A DNA stretch of 64,000 nt, taken from NCBI GenBank assembly GCA_045654725.1, contig JAZONX010000039.1:6747-70746 (forward strand). Direction: 5' to 3'. The position numbers and the translations under genes are program-made. The notes under the pieces are model-generated. The model searched no databases and was not told the DNA's origin. It was given only the letters and a program-made list of their open reading frames with translations. This DNA comes from Eubacteriales bacterium (GTDB lineage Bacteria; Bacillota; Clostridia; Oscillospirales; CAG-272). This document shows positions 35,439 to 45,103 of this stretch, piece by piece (within the stretch, counting starts at the first letter, position 1; every line of letters begins with the position of its first letter).

Positions 35439-35900
35439 ATGAAAAAAACCGTAAGAGAAACGGTCAGAGAGGCTATTGAGCCGACCGTGACAGAACTTGG
35501 CTATGATATCTGGGACGTAACCTATTCAAAGGTCGGCGCGGATTATCACCTTGAGATCACCATTGATTCGGAGGCGGGTATCAACATTGAGGATTGCGAG
35601 AAGGTTCACAGAGCAATCGATCCTATTCTTGACGAGCTTGATCCCATTGAGGGATTCTATTACCTGGACGTATCCTCGCCTGGAATCGAAAGAGAGCTTC
35701 GCACAGCCGAGCATATTAGCCGCTCTGTTGGGCAGAAGGTGGAAGCAAGATTGTTTGCTGCAAAGGACGGCAGACGCTCGATAGTGGGCATTCTTTCGGC
35801 ATTCATGGACGGAAATGTGGTGATCACCGATGCTACCGGAGAGGTTTCGCTGAAGCAGAGTGAAATATCCAAGCTCACTACCGTTTATTTCGAGGATTAA
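35439..35900 (+). CDS. rimP: Ribosome maturation factor RimP
   Basis: AAGGAGGAG SD upstream. LEITIDSEAGINIEDCEKVHRAIDPILDELDPIEGFYYLDVSSPGIEREL is typical of RimP. Position upstream of nusA supports the call. Confidence 0.9.
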   Translation: MKKTVRETVREAIEPTVTELGYDIWDVTYSKVGADYHLEITIDSEAGINIEDCEKVHRAIDPILDELDPIEGFYYLDVSSPGIERELRTAEHISRSVGQKVEARLFAAKDGRRSIVGILSAFMDGNVVITDATGEVSLKQSEISKLTTVYFED

Positions 35901-35987
35901 CCCTCGCACCAAATGAGAAATCAATTAAAAACTAACATACACAACCAAAAGGAAAGGAACGTATAAAATACGTGGTACAACGGAAAA

Positions 35988-37019
35988 ATGAACGCAGATT
36001 TCTTCACCGCCCTTGACCTTCTTGAGAAGGAAAACGGCATTTCAAAAGAGTATATGATTTCGCAGATCGAGCTTGCGCTTGCAAACGCTTGCAGACGTGA
36101 GGTTGGTCCCACCACAGTAATTCGTGTACAGCTTGATCCCAACAAGAAGGATATGAGAGTTTTCCAGCAGAGAACTGTTGTTCCTGACGGAGAGGTAACC
36201 GACGACAAGTGCGAGATCGGTTATACCGCAGCAAAGGCTCTCTCCCGTCGTCATAAGCTTGGCGGCGTAGTTGAAACCGAGCTCAAGACCAAGGACTTCC
36301 GTCGTCTTTCCGCGCAGGCAGGTAAGCAGATGATAGTTCAGGCTATCCGTACCGCAGAGCGCGAGAGACAGACCAGAGAGTACGAGGAAAAGCGCGAAGA
36401 GATTATCACAGCAATCGTTGATAAGGTTGATACCACCAACGGCAACCTTATCCTTGACACCGGAACAGGTTATGCAACCCTTCTCCGCGAGGAGCAGATC
36501 CCCGGTGAAACCTACGACGTTGGCGATAGAATCAAGGTGTTCGTATCCGAGGTTAAGTCGGGCGAAACTCGTGGACCTATCGTAACCCTTTCAAGAGTAC
36601 ATCCCAACTTTGTTAAGCGTTTGTTCGAGCTTGAGGTTCCCGAAATTCAGGACGGCACCATCGTAATCAAGGGTGTTGCCCGTGAGGCGGGTAGCAGAAG
36701 CAAGATCGCAGTTTACTCCCGTGACGAAAACGTTGAGGCGGTAGGCTCCTGTATCGGTAAGAACAGCATGAGAATCAACGCAATCCTTGCAGAGCTTTCC
36801 GGTGAGAAAATTGATATCATTAGATACAGCGATGACATCTGTGAGTACGTTGCAGAGGCCCTTTCTCCCGCGAGAGTGCTTGACGTTTATCTTGAGGATG
36901 AGCGCACCTGCCGTGTAACCGTTGCTCCCGAGCAGCTCTCCCTTGCTATCGGTAAGGAAGGCCAGAACGCAAAGCTCGTTGCTCGTCTTACCGGCTGTAA
37001 GATTGACATAAAGGCGTAA
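35988..37019 (+). CDS. nusA: Transcription termination/antitermination factor NusA
   Basis: N-terminal domain, S1 and two KH domains (…LAIGKEGQNAKLVARLTGCKIDIK). 343 aa with no AR repeats, as in Firmicutes. Confidence 0.95.
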   Translation: MNADFFTALDLLEKENGISKEYMISQIELALANACRREVGPTTVIRVQLDPNKKDMRVFQQRTVVPDGEVTDDKCEIGYTAAKALSRRHKLGGVVETELKTKDFRRLSAQAGKQMIVQAIRTAERERQTREYEEKREEIITAIVDKVDTTNGNLILDTGTGYATLLREEQIPGETYDVGDRIKVFVSEVKSGETRGPIVTLSRVHPNFVKRLFELEVPEIQDGTIVIKGVAREAGSRSKIAVYSRDENVEAVGSCIGKNSMRINAILAELSGEKIDIIRYSDDICEYVAEALSPARVLDVYLEDERTCRVTVAPEQLSLAIGKEGQNAKLVARLTGCKIDIKA

Positions 37020-37022
37020 AAT

Positions 37023-37298
37023 ATGACAACCACAACCATACGTAAAGTACCTACCAGAAGATGTACGGGGTGCGGTGAGCACTTCCCCAAAAGCACTCTT
37101 ATTAGGGTCCTCAGAACTCCCGATGGAGAGGTTATCCTCGACATAACGGGTAAGAAATCCGGCAGAGGAGCATATATTTGCAAAAATGCCGCTTGTCTTA
37201 AGAAAGCAAGAAAGTCGAAGAGAATTGAGAGCTCGCTTGAGTGCGCTATATCCGACGAACTCTACAATAAGATGGAAGAGGAGCTGGCAGGTGAATAA
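37023..37298 (+). CDS. rnpM: YlxR/RnpM (DUF448) RNA-binding protein
   Basis: RRCTGCGEHFPKSTLIRV and GRGAYIC motifs. Conserved position after nusA. Confidence 0.85.
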   Translation: MTTTTIRKVPTRRCTGCGEHFPKSTLIRVLRTPDGEVILDITGKKSGRGAYICKNAACLKKARKSKRIESSLECAISDELYNKMEEELAGE

Positions 37299-37650
37299 TA
37301 AAACTGAAATTCGCCTTAAAGGTATGCTTGGCTTTGCGATGCGCGCCGGCAAGGTGATAATAGGCACCGAGCTCGTGTGCTCGGCGATGGCGAGTCGCAC
37401 AAAGGATGGCGCAAGGCTTTTGCTGATAGCGAATAATGCCTCCGAGGGAACTAAGAAAAAGCTCCTTCGCAAGGCAGAGTTTTACGGTGTGGAAGCATTG
37501 ATTATTAACATAGATTCAGATGAGCTTGGCCGACTTCTCGGTAAGCTTTACGCTCCTGCCTCTGTGGCAATTATCGACGACCGCTTTGCAGAGGAGATAG
37601 CTAATGCCGCGAAGGATTGCGGCAATCCCGACAGCAATTCGGAGTCATAA
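37291..37650 (+). CDS. ylxQ: L7Ae-family ribosomal-protein-like YlxQ
   Basis: [17 protein letters not shown] motif. GTG 37291 after GGAAGAGGAG overlaps the ylxR end. The alternative start is ATG 37324. Confidence 0.75.
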   Translation: MNNKTEIRLKGMLGFAMRAGKVIIGTELVCSAMASRTKDGARLLLIANNASEGTKKKLLRKAEFYGVEALIINIDSDELGRLLGKLYAPASVAIIDDRFAEEIANAAKDCGNPDSNSES

Positions 37651-37667
37651 CACTAAAAAGAAAGGGA

Positions 37668-37684
37668 GTTTCCCTATGGGAAAC
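37668..37684 (+). promoter_or_regulatory. Hairpin between the SD and start codon of infB
   Basis: GTTTCCC-TAT-GGGAAAC lies between AAAGGGAG (37661-37668) and ATG 37695. Confidence 0.35.
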
Positions 37685-37694
37685 GGTGATTTAT

Positions 37695-40517
37695 ATGCCC
37701 AATTTACCCATCAAAATAACCCAGATTTCTAAAGATTTTAACATAAAGTCCAAGGACGTTCTCGATATTTTCAAAGAGGCGGGTCTTGACAAAAAGAGCG
37801 GAAGTAGTGCGGATAAGGACGAGTTTGAGCTTTTCCTCTCCTATCTGACCTCTAAAAATCAAATAAAGGATCTTGACGCTTACAGAGATGGACGTTCCAA
37901 GATTAAGAGCGCTGTTGAGAAGCCCAAGAAGGTGGCAAAGCCAAAGCAGGAGGAGCACACCGAGAAAACTGCGGCTCCCGTTGTTGAGAAGAAGCCCGAG
38001 CAGAAGAAGCCCGTTCCTCAACAGAACACAGAGCGCAAGCCTCAGCCTCAGCAGCAGTCCCAGCAGCGTCAGGGCGACAGAAGGGATAATAGAGAGCAGA
38101 GACCTAACCGTGACTTCGACAACAGAAGAAACAATAACTTCAACAAATACAGTGCAGCTCCTCAGGAAAATCCCTTCGCAAAGAAGCTTGATAATATGAA
38201 CAGAGCAGCGCAGGGACTTAGAAATCCCAATTCCACCTGGCAGAAGCCCGAGCAGAAGAAGCCCGCGCAGCAGCCTGCACAGAAGCCTGTTGCTGCTCCC
38301 GTAGCGGCGCCCAAGGTAGAGGCACTGAAGAATACCGTTCTTCCCGCGCAGAAGGCTCTTCTTGAGAAGCAGCAGAAGACCGAGGCCCAGAAGGTTGCGG
38401 CTCCGGCTCCTCAGCCTAAGCCAAAGAAGGAAGAGAAGAAGGCGCAGAAGCAGCAGTTCAAGACTATTACTCCCACCTTTGACAGATCTGCTGTTAAGGG
38501 CGGTGTAAACGTTGGCGTTGAGTATGTCAATGAGACGGCTCCCAAGACCCGTGTTGTTGATACCAGAACAAGCGACGTTAACCTTGACAAGTACAACGAC
38601 AGATACAACGATCACTATTATTCTATCCTTAACGGTGGCGACTCCAAGGCGCAGAAGCAGAAGCTTAAGAAGCAGGATAACCGCGGTCAGAATCAGAAGA
38701 GCGCAAAGGATAAGGAAAGAGCTGCTCAGGAAAAGATCAAGAAGCTTGAGGCGGAGCGCGCAAGAAATAAGCAGCTTGAGATTACCGTTCCTGATGAGAT
38801 CACCGTTTCTGAGCTCGCTATTAGAATGAAGAAGACCGCAGCCGAGGTTATCAAGAAGCTCATGTTTATGGGTGAGATGAAGGGCCTTAACGATGTAATC
38901 GACTATGGAACAGCCGAGCTTATCGCGGATGAATTTGGCGTTAAGGTTACCAAAGAGGTTGTTGTTACTATCGAAGAAAAGCTCTTTACCGAGGCGGAGG
39001 ATGCAGATGAGGATCTCATTGAGCGCGCACCCGTAGTATGCGTTATGGGTCACGTTGACCACGGTAAGACATCTATCCTCGATGCAATCAGACATACAAA
39101 CGTAACTCGCGGCGAGGCGGGTGGTATCACCCAGGCAATCGGTGCTTACAGAGTAAAGGCGAATGGCAAGGATATTACCTTCCTTGACACCCCCGGTCAC
39201 GAAGCGTTTACTGCTATGCGTATGAGAGGTGCAAAATCTACCGATATTGCAATTCTCGTTGTTGCGGCTGACGACGGTGTAATGCCCCAGACTATTGAGG
39301 CTATCAACCACGCAAAGGCTGCAGGTATTGATATTATCGTAGCGATTAATAAGATGGATAAGCCCACCGCTAATCCCGATAACGTTCTTAATCAGCTTAC
39401 CCAGCACGAGCTTGTTCCCGAGGCTTGGGGCGGCGATGTAATTACTGTTCCTGTTTCTGCTCACACAGGTATGGGTATTGAAGATCTTCTTGAAAACGTG
39501 CTTCTCGTAGCCGAGGTTAAGGAGCTTCGCGCAAATCCCAAGCGTCGTGCTGCAGGTCTTGTTATCGAGTCTAAGCTTGATAAGGGCCGGGGTCCCGTTG
39601 CCACCGTGCTTGTTCAGAACGGTACTCTTCACCAGGGCGACTACGTAATTGTAGGTAATGCCGTTGGTCGCGTTCGTGCAATGGTTGACGATAAGGGTAA
39701 GACCGTAAAGGTTGCAGGACCTTCGGTTCCCGTTGAGATTATCGGTCTTGATGACGTTCCTCAGGCAGGCGATGAGCTTAACGCAGTTGAGGACGAAAGA
39801 ATGGCGAAGAACCTTGCAGAGCAGAGAAGAGAAAGACTTCGTCAGGAGATCCTTGCAGCTAATGCAAGAGTTAACCTTGATGAGCTCTTCGGACAGATCG
39901 CGGCAGGTGTTAAGACTCTTAATATTGTTGTTAAGGCTGATGTTGCCGGCTCTGTTGAGGCGGTTAAGGCATCTCTTCTTAAGCTCTCCAACGAGGAGGT
40001 TAAGGTTGCAGTAATCCACTCTGCTGTTGGTGGTATCACCGAGAGTGACGTTATGCTTGCGGCGGCATCAAACGCGATCATCTGCGGATTTAATGTTCGT
40101 CCCGACAGAAACGCTCTTGACTCTGCTGAGAGAAACAAGGTTGACATTCGTACACACCGTATCATCTACGAGATTATCGACGAGGTTGAGGCGGCTATGA
40201 AGGGTCTTCTCGCTCCCACATACAAGGAGGTTCTTCTCGGTCACGCCGAGGTTCGTCAGACGATCAAGGTTCCTAATGTTGGTATTATCGCAGGTTGCTA
40301 CATCCTTGACGGTAAGATCACTAGAAATGCACAAATCCGTATCGTTCGTGACGGTATCGTAATCTTCGAGGATAAAATTGCATCTCTTCGTCGTTTCAAG
40401 GATGACGTTCGTGAGGTCAACTCGGGTTACGAGTGCGGTGTCGGCATTGAAAAGTTTAACGACATCCGTGAGGGCGATACTCTCGAGGCCTTCATTATGG
40501 AAGAGGTTAAGAGATAA
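37695..40517 (+). CDS. infB: Translation initiation factor IF-2
   Basis: IF2_N-like start ([31 protein letters not shown]), a Q/P/K-rich linker, and GTPase motifs [14 protein letters not shown] and NKMD. C-terminal domains are intact. The upstream ATG 37617 lies inside ylxQ and was rejected as the start. Confidence 0.95.
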   Translation: MPNLPIKITQISKDFNIKSKDVLDIFKEAGLDKKSGSSADKDEFELFLSYLTSKNQIKDLDAYRDGRSKIKSAVEKPKKVAKPKQEEHTEKTAAPVVEKKPEQKKPVPQQNTERKPQPQQQSQQRQGDRRDNREQRPNRDFDNRRNNNFNKYSAAPQENPFAKKLDNMNRAAQGLRNPNSTWQKPEQKKPAQQPAQKPVAAPVAAPKVEALKNTVLPAQKALLEKQQKTEAQKVAAPAPQPKPKKEEKKAQKQQFKTITPTFDRSAVKGGVNVGVEYVNETAPKTRVVDTRTSDVNLDKYNDRYNDHYYSILNGGDSKAQKQKLKKQDNRGQNQKSAKDKERAAQEKIKKLEAERARNKQLEITVPDEITVSELAIRMKKTAAEVIKKLMFMGEMKGLNDVIDYGTAELIADEFGVKVTKEVVVTIEEKLFTEAEDADEDLIERAPVVCVMGHVDHGKTSILDAIRHTNVTRGEAGGITQAIGAYRVKANGKDITFLDTPGHEAFTAMRMRGAKSTDIAILVVAADDGVMPQTIEAINHAKAAGIDIIVAINKMDKPTANPDNVLNQLTQHELVPEAWGGDVITVPVSAHTGMGIEDLLENVLLVAEVKELRANPKRRAAGLVIESKLDKGRGPVATVLVQNGTLHQGDYVIVGNAVGRVRAMVDDKGKTVKVAGPSVPVEIIGLDDVPQAGDELNAVEDERMAKNLAEQRRERLRQEILAANARVNLDELFGQIAAGVKTLNIVVKADVAGSVEAVKASLLKLSNEEVKVAVIHSAVGGITESDVMLAAASNAIICGFNVRPDRNALDSAERNKVDIRTHRIIYEIIDEVEAAMKGLLAPTYKEVLLGHAEVRQTIKVPNVGIIAGCYILDGKITRNAQIRIVRDGIVIFEDKIASLRRFKDDVREVNSGYECGVGIEKFNDIREGDTLEAFIMEEVKR

Positions 40518-40545
40518 ATCTCAAAAATACAAACAATACTTTGCA

Positions 40546-40588
40546 AAATCCTCGATTTTCGCCCAAAAAGCGATTATCGGGGATTTTT
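40546..40588 (+). terminator. Intrinsic terminator after infB
   Basis: Long imperfect stem AAATCCTCGATTTTCGC/GCGATTATCGGGGATTT followed by a T-run. Confidence 0.6.
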
Positions 40589-40616
40589 ATTAACATTGTT
40601 TTTTGGTTTTCATAAA

Positions 40617-41408
40617 ATGAATAACGGGGATGATTTTACCCCGAAGACTACAAAGGGAAAAGACTATATAGTGAAAATTGTTATACTTATCGCCCTGTTT
40701 GTCGGGGGCGCGACAATACTTGGTGGAGCGTTTGGGTTGGTTTTCAGCAAATCATCCCGTCAATTTTGTGACGCGGCGCTGTCTTTTGCTGCTGGCGTTA
40801 TGCTTGCTGCAGCAATGCTCGGGCTAATCCTTCCTTCTCTTGAGTATGGAGGAAAATTAGGCTTCGTCACTACAGTTTTTGGCATTTTTCTTGGTGCGTT
40901 TTGCGTACATCTAATGGATATGCTTGTTCCATACGTGCCTTTTTTCGTCGAGGGAAATAGAGAAGAGTCATTTAGGCGTGTCTGTCTTTTTGTTATGGCG
41001 ATTGCTTTGCATAATTTACCTGAGGGAATAGCCTCCGGTGTCGGTCTAGGTACGGATGATGTTCATAGCGGAATTCTTATTGCAACGGCAATCGCTCTGC
41101 AAAATCTTCCGGAGGGATTTATCGTGTCCGTTTCGCTTCGCGGTGTGGGAGTAGGACGATTTAAGTCTTTTTTAATCGCCGCCACGACAGGAATAATAGA
41201 AATACTTGGCTGCCTTTTGGGATACTTTGCTGTAAACATTTCCATTGTTCTGCTGCCACTTATACTTGCACTTGCCGGCGGAACGATGCTTTACGTCATC
41301 AGCGAGGAGATGATTCCCGAAACACACTCGGGCGACAGCGGAAGGCTTTCGACCTATTTTCTCCTGGGCGGATTTTCGCTCATTTTGATTTTCGATGCCC
41401 TCCTTTAA
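40617..41408 (+). CDS. ZIP-family divalent metal (zinc) transporter
   Basis: ALHNLPEGIASGVG and ALQNLPEGF signature helices, with 7-8 TM helices. The start is uncertain, between 40596 and 40617. Confidence 0.85.
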   Translation: MNNGDDFTPKTTKGKDYIVKIVILIALFVGGATILGGAFGLVFSKSSRQFCDAALSFAAGVMLAAAMLGLILPSLEYGGKLGFVTTVFGIFLGAFCVHLMDMLVPYVPFFVEGNREESFRRVCLFVMAIALHNLPEGIASGVGLGTDDVHSGILIATAIALQNLPEGFIVSVSLRGVGVGRFKSFLIAATTGIIEILGCLLGYFAVNISIVLLPLILALAGGTMLYVISEEMIPETHSGDSGRLSTYFLLGGFSLILIFDALL

Positions 41409-41468
41409 CAGCAATCTCCTCGTATTTGCGGGGAGATTATAATTTTGCAACAATTTAGATATATACTA

Positions 41469-41497
41469 TTGACAAATACCCCTAGGGGGTATATAAT
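41469..41497 (+). promoter_or_regulatory. csoR-copA promoter with embedded CsoR operator
   Basis: TTGACA (41469-41474), 17 nt, then TATAAT (41492-41497). The spacer is the GC-centred inverted repeat ATACCCCTAGGGGGTAT, matching the known CsoR-box type (TACCC-N-GGGGTA). Confidence 0.75.
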
Positions 41498-41528
41498 TAT
41501 ACTAGTAAAATAATTATGGAGAGTCAAT

Positions 41529-41849
41529 ATGAAAAGCGAAAACATTAAGCAAAGTCATTGTGACTGTTGTAACAGAACGCGAGTGAGAGATGGTGTAGAG
41601 TTTAAGGCGCTGAAAAACCGCCTTAGCCGAATTGAAGGACAAATACGCGGGATATCGGGGATGGTTGATTCCGATGCATACTGTATTGATATACTCACAC
41701 AGGTTTCGGCTGTTCAGGCGGCAATCAGCTCGTTTGCAACAGAGCTTTTGTCACAGCACGTAAAGGGCTGTGTTGTTAATGACGTAAAGAATGAGAAAAC
41801 CGAGTCTGTGGACGAGCTTATAAAAATCGTTGAAAAGCTTATGAGATAG
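41529..41849 (+). CDS. csoR: Copper-sensing repressor CsoR family
   Basis: LKNRLSRIEGQIRGISGMV and YCIDILTQVSAVQAA…H…C are the characteristic W-X-Y-Z residues of CsoR/RcnR. Confidence 0.85.
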   Translation: MKSENIKQSHCDCCNRTRVRDGVEFKALKNRLSRIEGQIRGISGMVDSDAYCIDILTQVSAVQAAISSFATELLSQHVKGCVVNDVKNEKTESVDELIKIVEKLMR

Positions 41850-41858
41850 GAGATTGAT

Positions 41859-44315
41859 ATGAGAAGCTTTGATATCAGCGGAATGAGCTGTGCTGCTTGC
41901 TCTGCAAGAGTGGAAAAAGCGGTTTCTTCAGTAGAGGGTGTAACTATCTGCTCGGTAAATCTTTTGACCAACTCTATGACCGTTGACGGCTCTGCAAATA
42001 ATGAGGAAATTATTGCCGCCGTTGTTAAGGCAGGATACGGTGCGAAGCCCAAAGGAAGCAAAAATGTAAATAATAATAGTCAAAAAATGGACGAGAAGAA
42101 GATTTTAGCAAGACTTTTGACTTCTATAATTCTTCTTTTGCCGCTTATGTATATATCGATGGGTCACGTTATGTGGGGCGCTCCGCTCCCTTCGGCTCTT
42201 GCGGCAAATCCATTGGCAATCGCACTTTTGGAGCTGATTATTTCCGGCGCAATACTCGTTGTCAATCAGAAGTTCTTTGTAAGCGGAATTAGGGCTCTGC
42301 TGGGCGGCTCACCAAATATGGACACCCTTGTCGCTATGGGCTCGGGAGTGTCTTATATTTACAGCGTGGCTATTGTTTTTATAATGACTGCTGCCGATAA
42401 TTCCCACCACTATCTGCACCAGCTTTATTTTGAGTCAGCGGCGATGATTTTGACGCTCATCACGGTTGGTAAAATGCTTGAGGCTCGTGCAAAGGGAAAG
42501 ACAACAGATGCTATAAATTCGCTAATCAGCCTCTCGCCAAAGACTGCAACGGTCATCAGAGATGGCAAAGAACAGATTATTCCTGCTGCAGACGTGCGCG
42601 TTGGTGATATTTTCATTCTTCGTCCCGGTGAAACAATTCCGGTGGATGGCATCGTTATTGAGGGAAACAGCAGCGTAAATGAGGCTGCCCTCACGGGAGA
42701 ATCGGTTCCTGTGGACAAGCAGGGGGGTGACAGTCTTCTTGCGGCAACCATAAATCAGTCGGGATTTTTAAGATGCGAGGCAACAAAGGTTGGCGAGGAA
42801 ACTACCATAGCCTCGGTTATTAGAATGGTTGAGGACGCATCCTCGACGAAAGCACCTATAGCAAAGGTCGCAGACAAGGTTTCGGGTGTTTTCGTTCCCT
42901 TCGTAATGTCGGTGGCAATCATAACATTTGTCGTTTGGATGATAATTAACGCCGATGTTGGCCACGCTCTTGCGAGAGCGATTTCGGTTCTTGTAATAAG
43001 CTGTCCGTGCGCCCTCGGACTTGCGACACCGGTTGCTATTATGGTCGGCAGCGGCGTTGGTGCAAAGCATGGTGTTCTCTTTAAAAACGCCGAGGCTCTC
43101 GAGCTTACAGGCAGAGGAAGGATAGTCGCGCTTGATAAAACCGGCACTATCACAAACGGAAAACCACACGTTGTAGACATAAAAACGGCTGAACGTGTCA
43201 GCGAAAATGAGCTTTTGACCCTCGCATACTCGGTTGAAAGACAGAGCGAGCATCCTCTTGCTCATGCGGTATGCGACTATGCCGAAAACAGAGTTACACC
43301 TCGTGACGCTACAAACTTTAAGGCTCTCTCGGGCAGCGGTGTTTCGGCTGAAGTAGACGGGAAAGAGCTTTTTGGCGGCTCGTATAGCTTTATTTCAAGC
43401 ATCGTCGATCTTTCGGAATTTTCTGATGATTACCAAAAACTTGCCGAGGAAGGAAAAACACCGATTTTCTTCGCCTATGGCGGCAGGGCGCTTGGACTTG
43501 TTGCTCTGGCGGACACTATCCGTCAGGACAGCGCCGAGGCTATTGACGATATGAGAGCTTTGGGACTGTCGGTGGTTATGCTTACAGGTGATAATTCACG
43601 CACCGCGGCGGCTATTGGAAAGGCGGCGGGCGTTGACAGAATTATCAGCGACCTTCTTCCTGACGGCAAGGAGGCTGCTATTCGCGACCTTCGTGCCGAA
43701 AATCGAGTGATAATGGTTGGCGACGGCATTAACGATGCTCCCGCGCTCACTCGCGCTGATGTTGGTATGGCGATCGGTGGCGGAACAGATATCGCGATCG
43801 AATCTGCGAGCGTTGTACTTATGAGAGATTCGCTTTCGGATGCTTTGAACGCAATCCGCCTCGGCAGATCGGTGCTTCGTAACATTTATCAAAATCTCTT
43901 CTGGGCGTTCCTTTATAACGTGATTGGAATTCCGCTTGCGGCGGGAGTCTTTGGTATGGAGCTTGACCCTATGTTCGGTGCCGCGGCTATGAGCCTTTCA
44001 TCCTTCTGCGTTGTGATGAACGCTTTAAGACTAAATACCTTTAAACCAAAATATAACAAAACAAAGAATATTGATGAAAAAACTACTGAAATAGAGGAAA
44101 AAACTATGACGATTACAATGAAAATTCAGGGAATGATGTGTCCACATTGCGAGGCGAGAGTTCGTGATGTGCTTTCGGTACTGCCCGAGGTGGAATCGGC
44201 TGACGTCAGCCATAGTGAGGACAGAGCAACTCTAGTTGTTAAGGATAATTGCTCGAAAGATACCCTTGTAAGCGCAGTTGAAAATGCCGGATACAAGGTT
44301 GTGTCAATAGAATAA
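41859..44315 (+). CDS. copA: Copper-translocating P1B-type ATPase with N- and C-terminal HMA domains
   Basis: N-terminal GMSCAACSARVE, TGES, the CPC in SCPCALGLATP, DKTGT, GDGINDAP, and an extra C-terminal HMA (GMMCPHCEARV, ~44105-44312). Confidence 0.95.
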   Translation: MRSFDISGMSCAACSARVEKAVSSVEGVTICSVNLLTNSMTVDGSANNEEIIAAVVKAGYGAKPKGSKNVNNNSQKMDEKKILARLLTSIILLLPLMYISMGHVMWGAPLPSALAANPLAIALLELIISGAILVVNQKFFVSGIRALLGGSPNMDTLVAMGSGVSYIYSVAIVFIMTAADNSHHYLHQLYFESAAMILTLITVGKMLEARAKGKTTDAINSLISLSPKTATVIRDGKEQIIPAADVRVGDIFILRPGETIPVDGIVIEGNSSVNEAALTGESVPVDKQGGDSLLAATINQSGFLRCEATKVGEETTIASVIRMVEDASSTKAPIAKVADKVSGVFVPFVMSVAIITFVVWMIINADVGHALARAISVLVISCPCALGLATPVAIMVGSGVGAKHGVLFKNAEALELTGRGRIVALDKTGTITNGKPHVVDIKTAERVSENELLTLAYSVERQSEHPLAHAVCDYAENRVTPRDATNFKALSGSGVSAEVDGKELFGGSYSFISSIVDLSEFSDDYQKLAEEGKTPIFFAYGGRALGLVALADTIRQDSAEAIDDMRALGLSVVMLTGDNSRTAAAIGKAAGVDRIISDLLPDGKEAAIRDLRAENRVIMVGDGINDAPALTRADVGMAIGGGTDIAIESASVVLMRDSLSDALNAIRLGRSVLRNIYQNLFWAFLYNVIGIPLAAGVFGMELDPMFGAAAMSLSSFCVVMNALRLNTFKPKYNKTKNIDEKTTEIEEKTMTITMKIQGMMCPHCEARVRDVLSVLPEVESADVSHSEDRATLVVKDNCSKDTLVSAVENAGYKVVSIE

Positions 44316-44320
44316 AGCTG

Positions 44321-44360
44321 AAATAGGATGGGTTCTTACGGTGGGCTCATCCTATTTTTT
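44321..44360 (+). terminator. Intrinsic terminator after copA
   Basis: Stem AAATAGGATG/CATCCTATTT followed by a T-run. Confidence 0.7.
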
Positions 44361-44441
44361 AAAAAAAACTTGAAAATTCTCTTGAAATTCGACCTCAATT
44401 TATGGTAAAATAATAGTGTAATTAAGCTTTGGAGAGGTTTT

Positions 44442-44945
44442 ATGCATAAGATCGGTGACAACATTATGTATGGCGCGAATGGCGTTATGACCATAGTTGA
44501 TATAAGGGAGGAGTCCATCGGTGACATCTCTCGTAGTTACTATGTCCTTCGCCCTGCATCCAGTCGCTCTGATTCGCTTACCTTCGTTCCTACTGAAAAC
44601 GAGAAGCTTGTTGAGGCGATGCGCCCTCTTTTGACGAGAGATGAGGTTATTTCGCTCATCAAGGAAATGAAAAATCCAAAGCCTATTGAGTGGATTAACG
44701 AAAACCGCCCGCGTTCGGAGGCGTTCAAGAGGATTATGGAGTCGGGTGACCGCGAAATGATGGTTGCAATGATCCATGCTATTGATGAAAATGCGAAGCG
44801 CCGCGAGGCAGAGGGCAAAAAGAACTTCCTCTCTGATGAAAACGCGAAGCAAAAGGCGCAAAAGCTTCTTTACTCGGAGTTTTCGATCGTTCTCGAAATT
44901 GCCGAGGATGCGATCCCTGAGTTTGTAGAAAACATTATAGGATAA
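44442..44945 (+). CDS. CarD/CdnL-family RNA-polymerase-binding regulator
   Basis: N-terminal Tudor-like domain (IGDNIMYGANGVMTIVDIREESIG…YYVLRP…LTFVPTEN) and a helical C-terminal domain. Confidence 0.75.
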   Translation: MHKIGDNIMYGANGVMTIVDIREESIGDISRSYYVLRPASSRSDSLTFVPTENEKLVEAMRPLLTRDEVISLIKEMKNPKPIEWINENRPRSEAFKRIMESGDREMMVAMIHAIDENAKRREAEGKKNFLSDENAKQKAQKLLYSEFSIVLEIAEDAIPEFVENIIG

Positions 44946-44950
44946 AATAA

Positions 44951-44975
44951 AAGGCTGTCGAGGACAGCCTTTTTT
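44951..44975 (+). terminator. Intrinsic terminator after the carD-like gene
   Basis: AAGGCTGTC-GAG-GACAGCCTT followed by T5. Confidence 0.8.
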
Positions 44976-44978
44976 GAT

Positions 44979-45006
44979 AGAAAACCCACCTCCAAAGAGG
45001 TGGGTT
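44979..45006 (-). terminator. Intrinsic terminator (minus strand) downstream of the eda relic
   Basis: AACCCACCTC-CAAA-GAGGTGGGTT, followed on the minus strand by TTTTC. Confidence 0.65.
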
Positions 45007-45015
45007 GACTAATTC

Positions 45016-45048
45016 TTATTTCTGTACGAGATGAATAGCGAAGCCGCA
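45016..45048 (-). repeat. Relic duplicate of the last 10 codons plus stop of eda
   Basis: The minus strand reads TGC GGC TTC GCT ATT CAT CTC GTA CAG AAA TAA, which is CGFAIHLVQK-stop. That is identical in peptide to the real gene end at 45104-45136 and differs at four synonymous third positions. It is preceded by an in-frame TAA. Confidence 0.7.
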
Positions 45049-45103
45049 TTAGCCTTCCCCTCGAGGGGAAGGTGTCAGCCTGAGGCTGACGGATGAGGTG
45101 GAA

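Noticed and set aside
37704-40019. 771-aa minus-strand ORF opposite infB
   Set aside because: infB is unambiguous on the plus strand, with full GTPase motifs. The antisense ORF is a codon-bias artefact.
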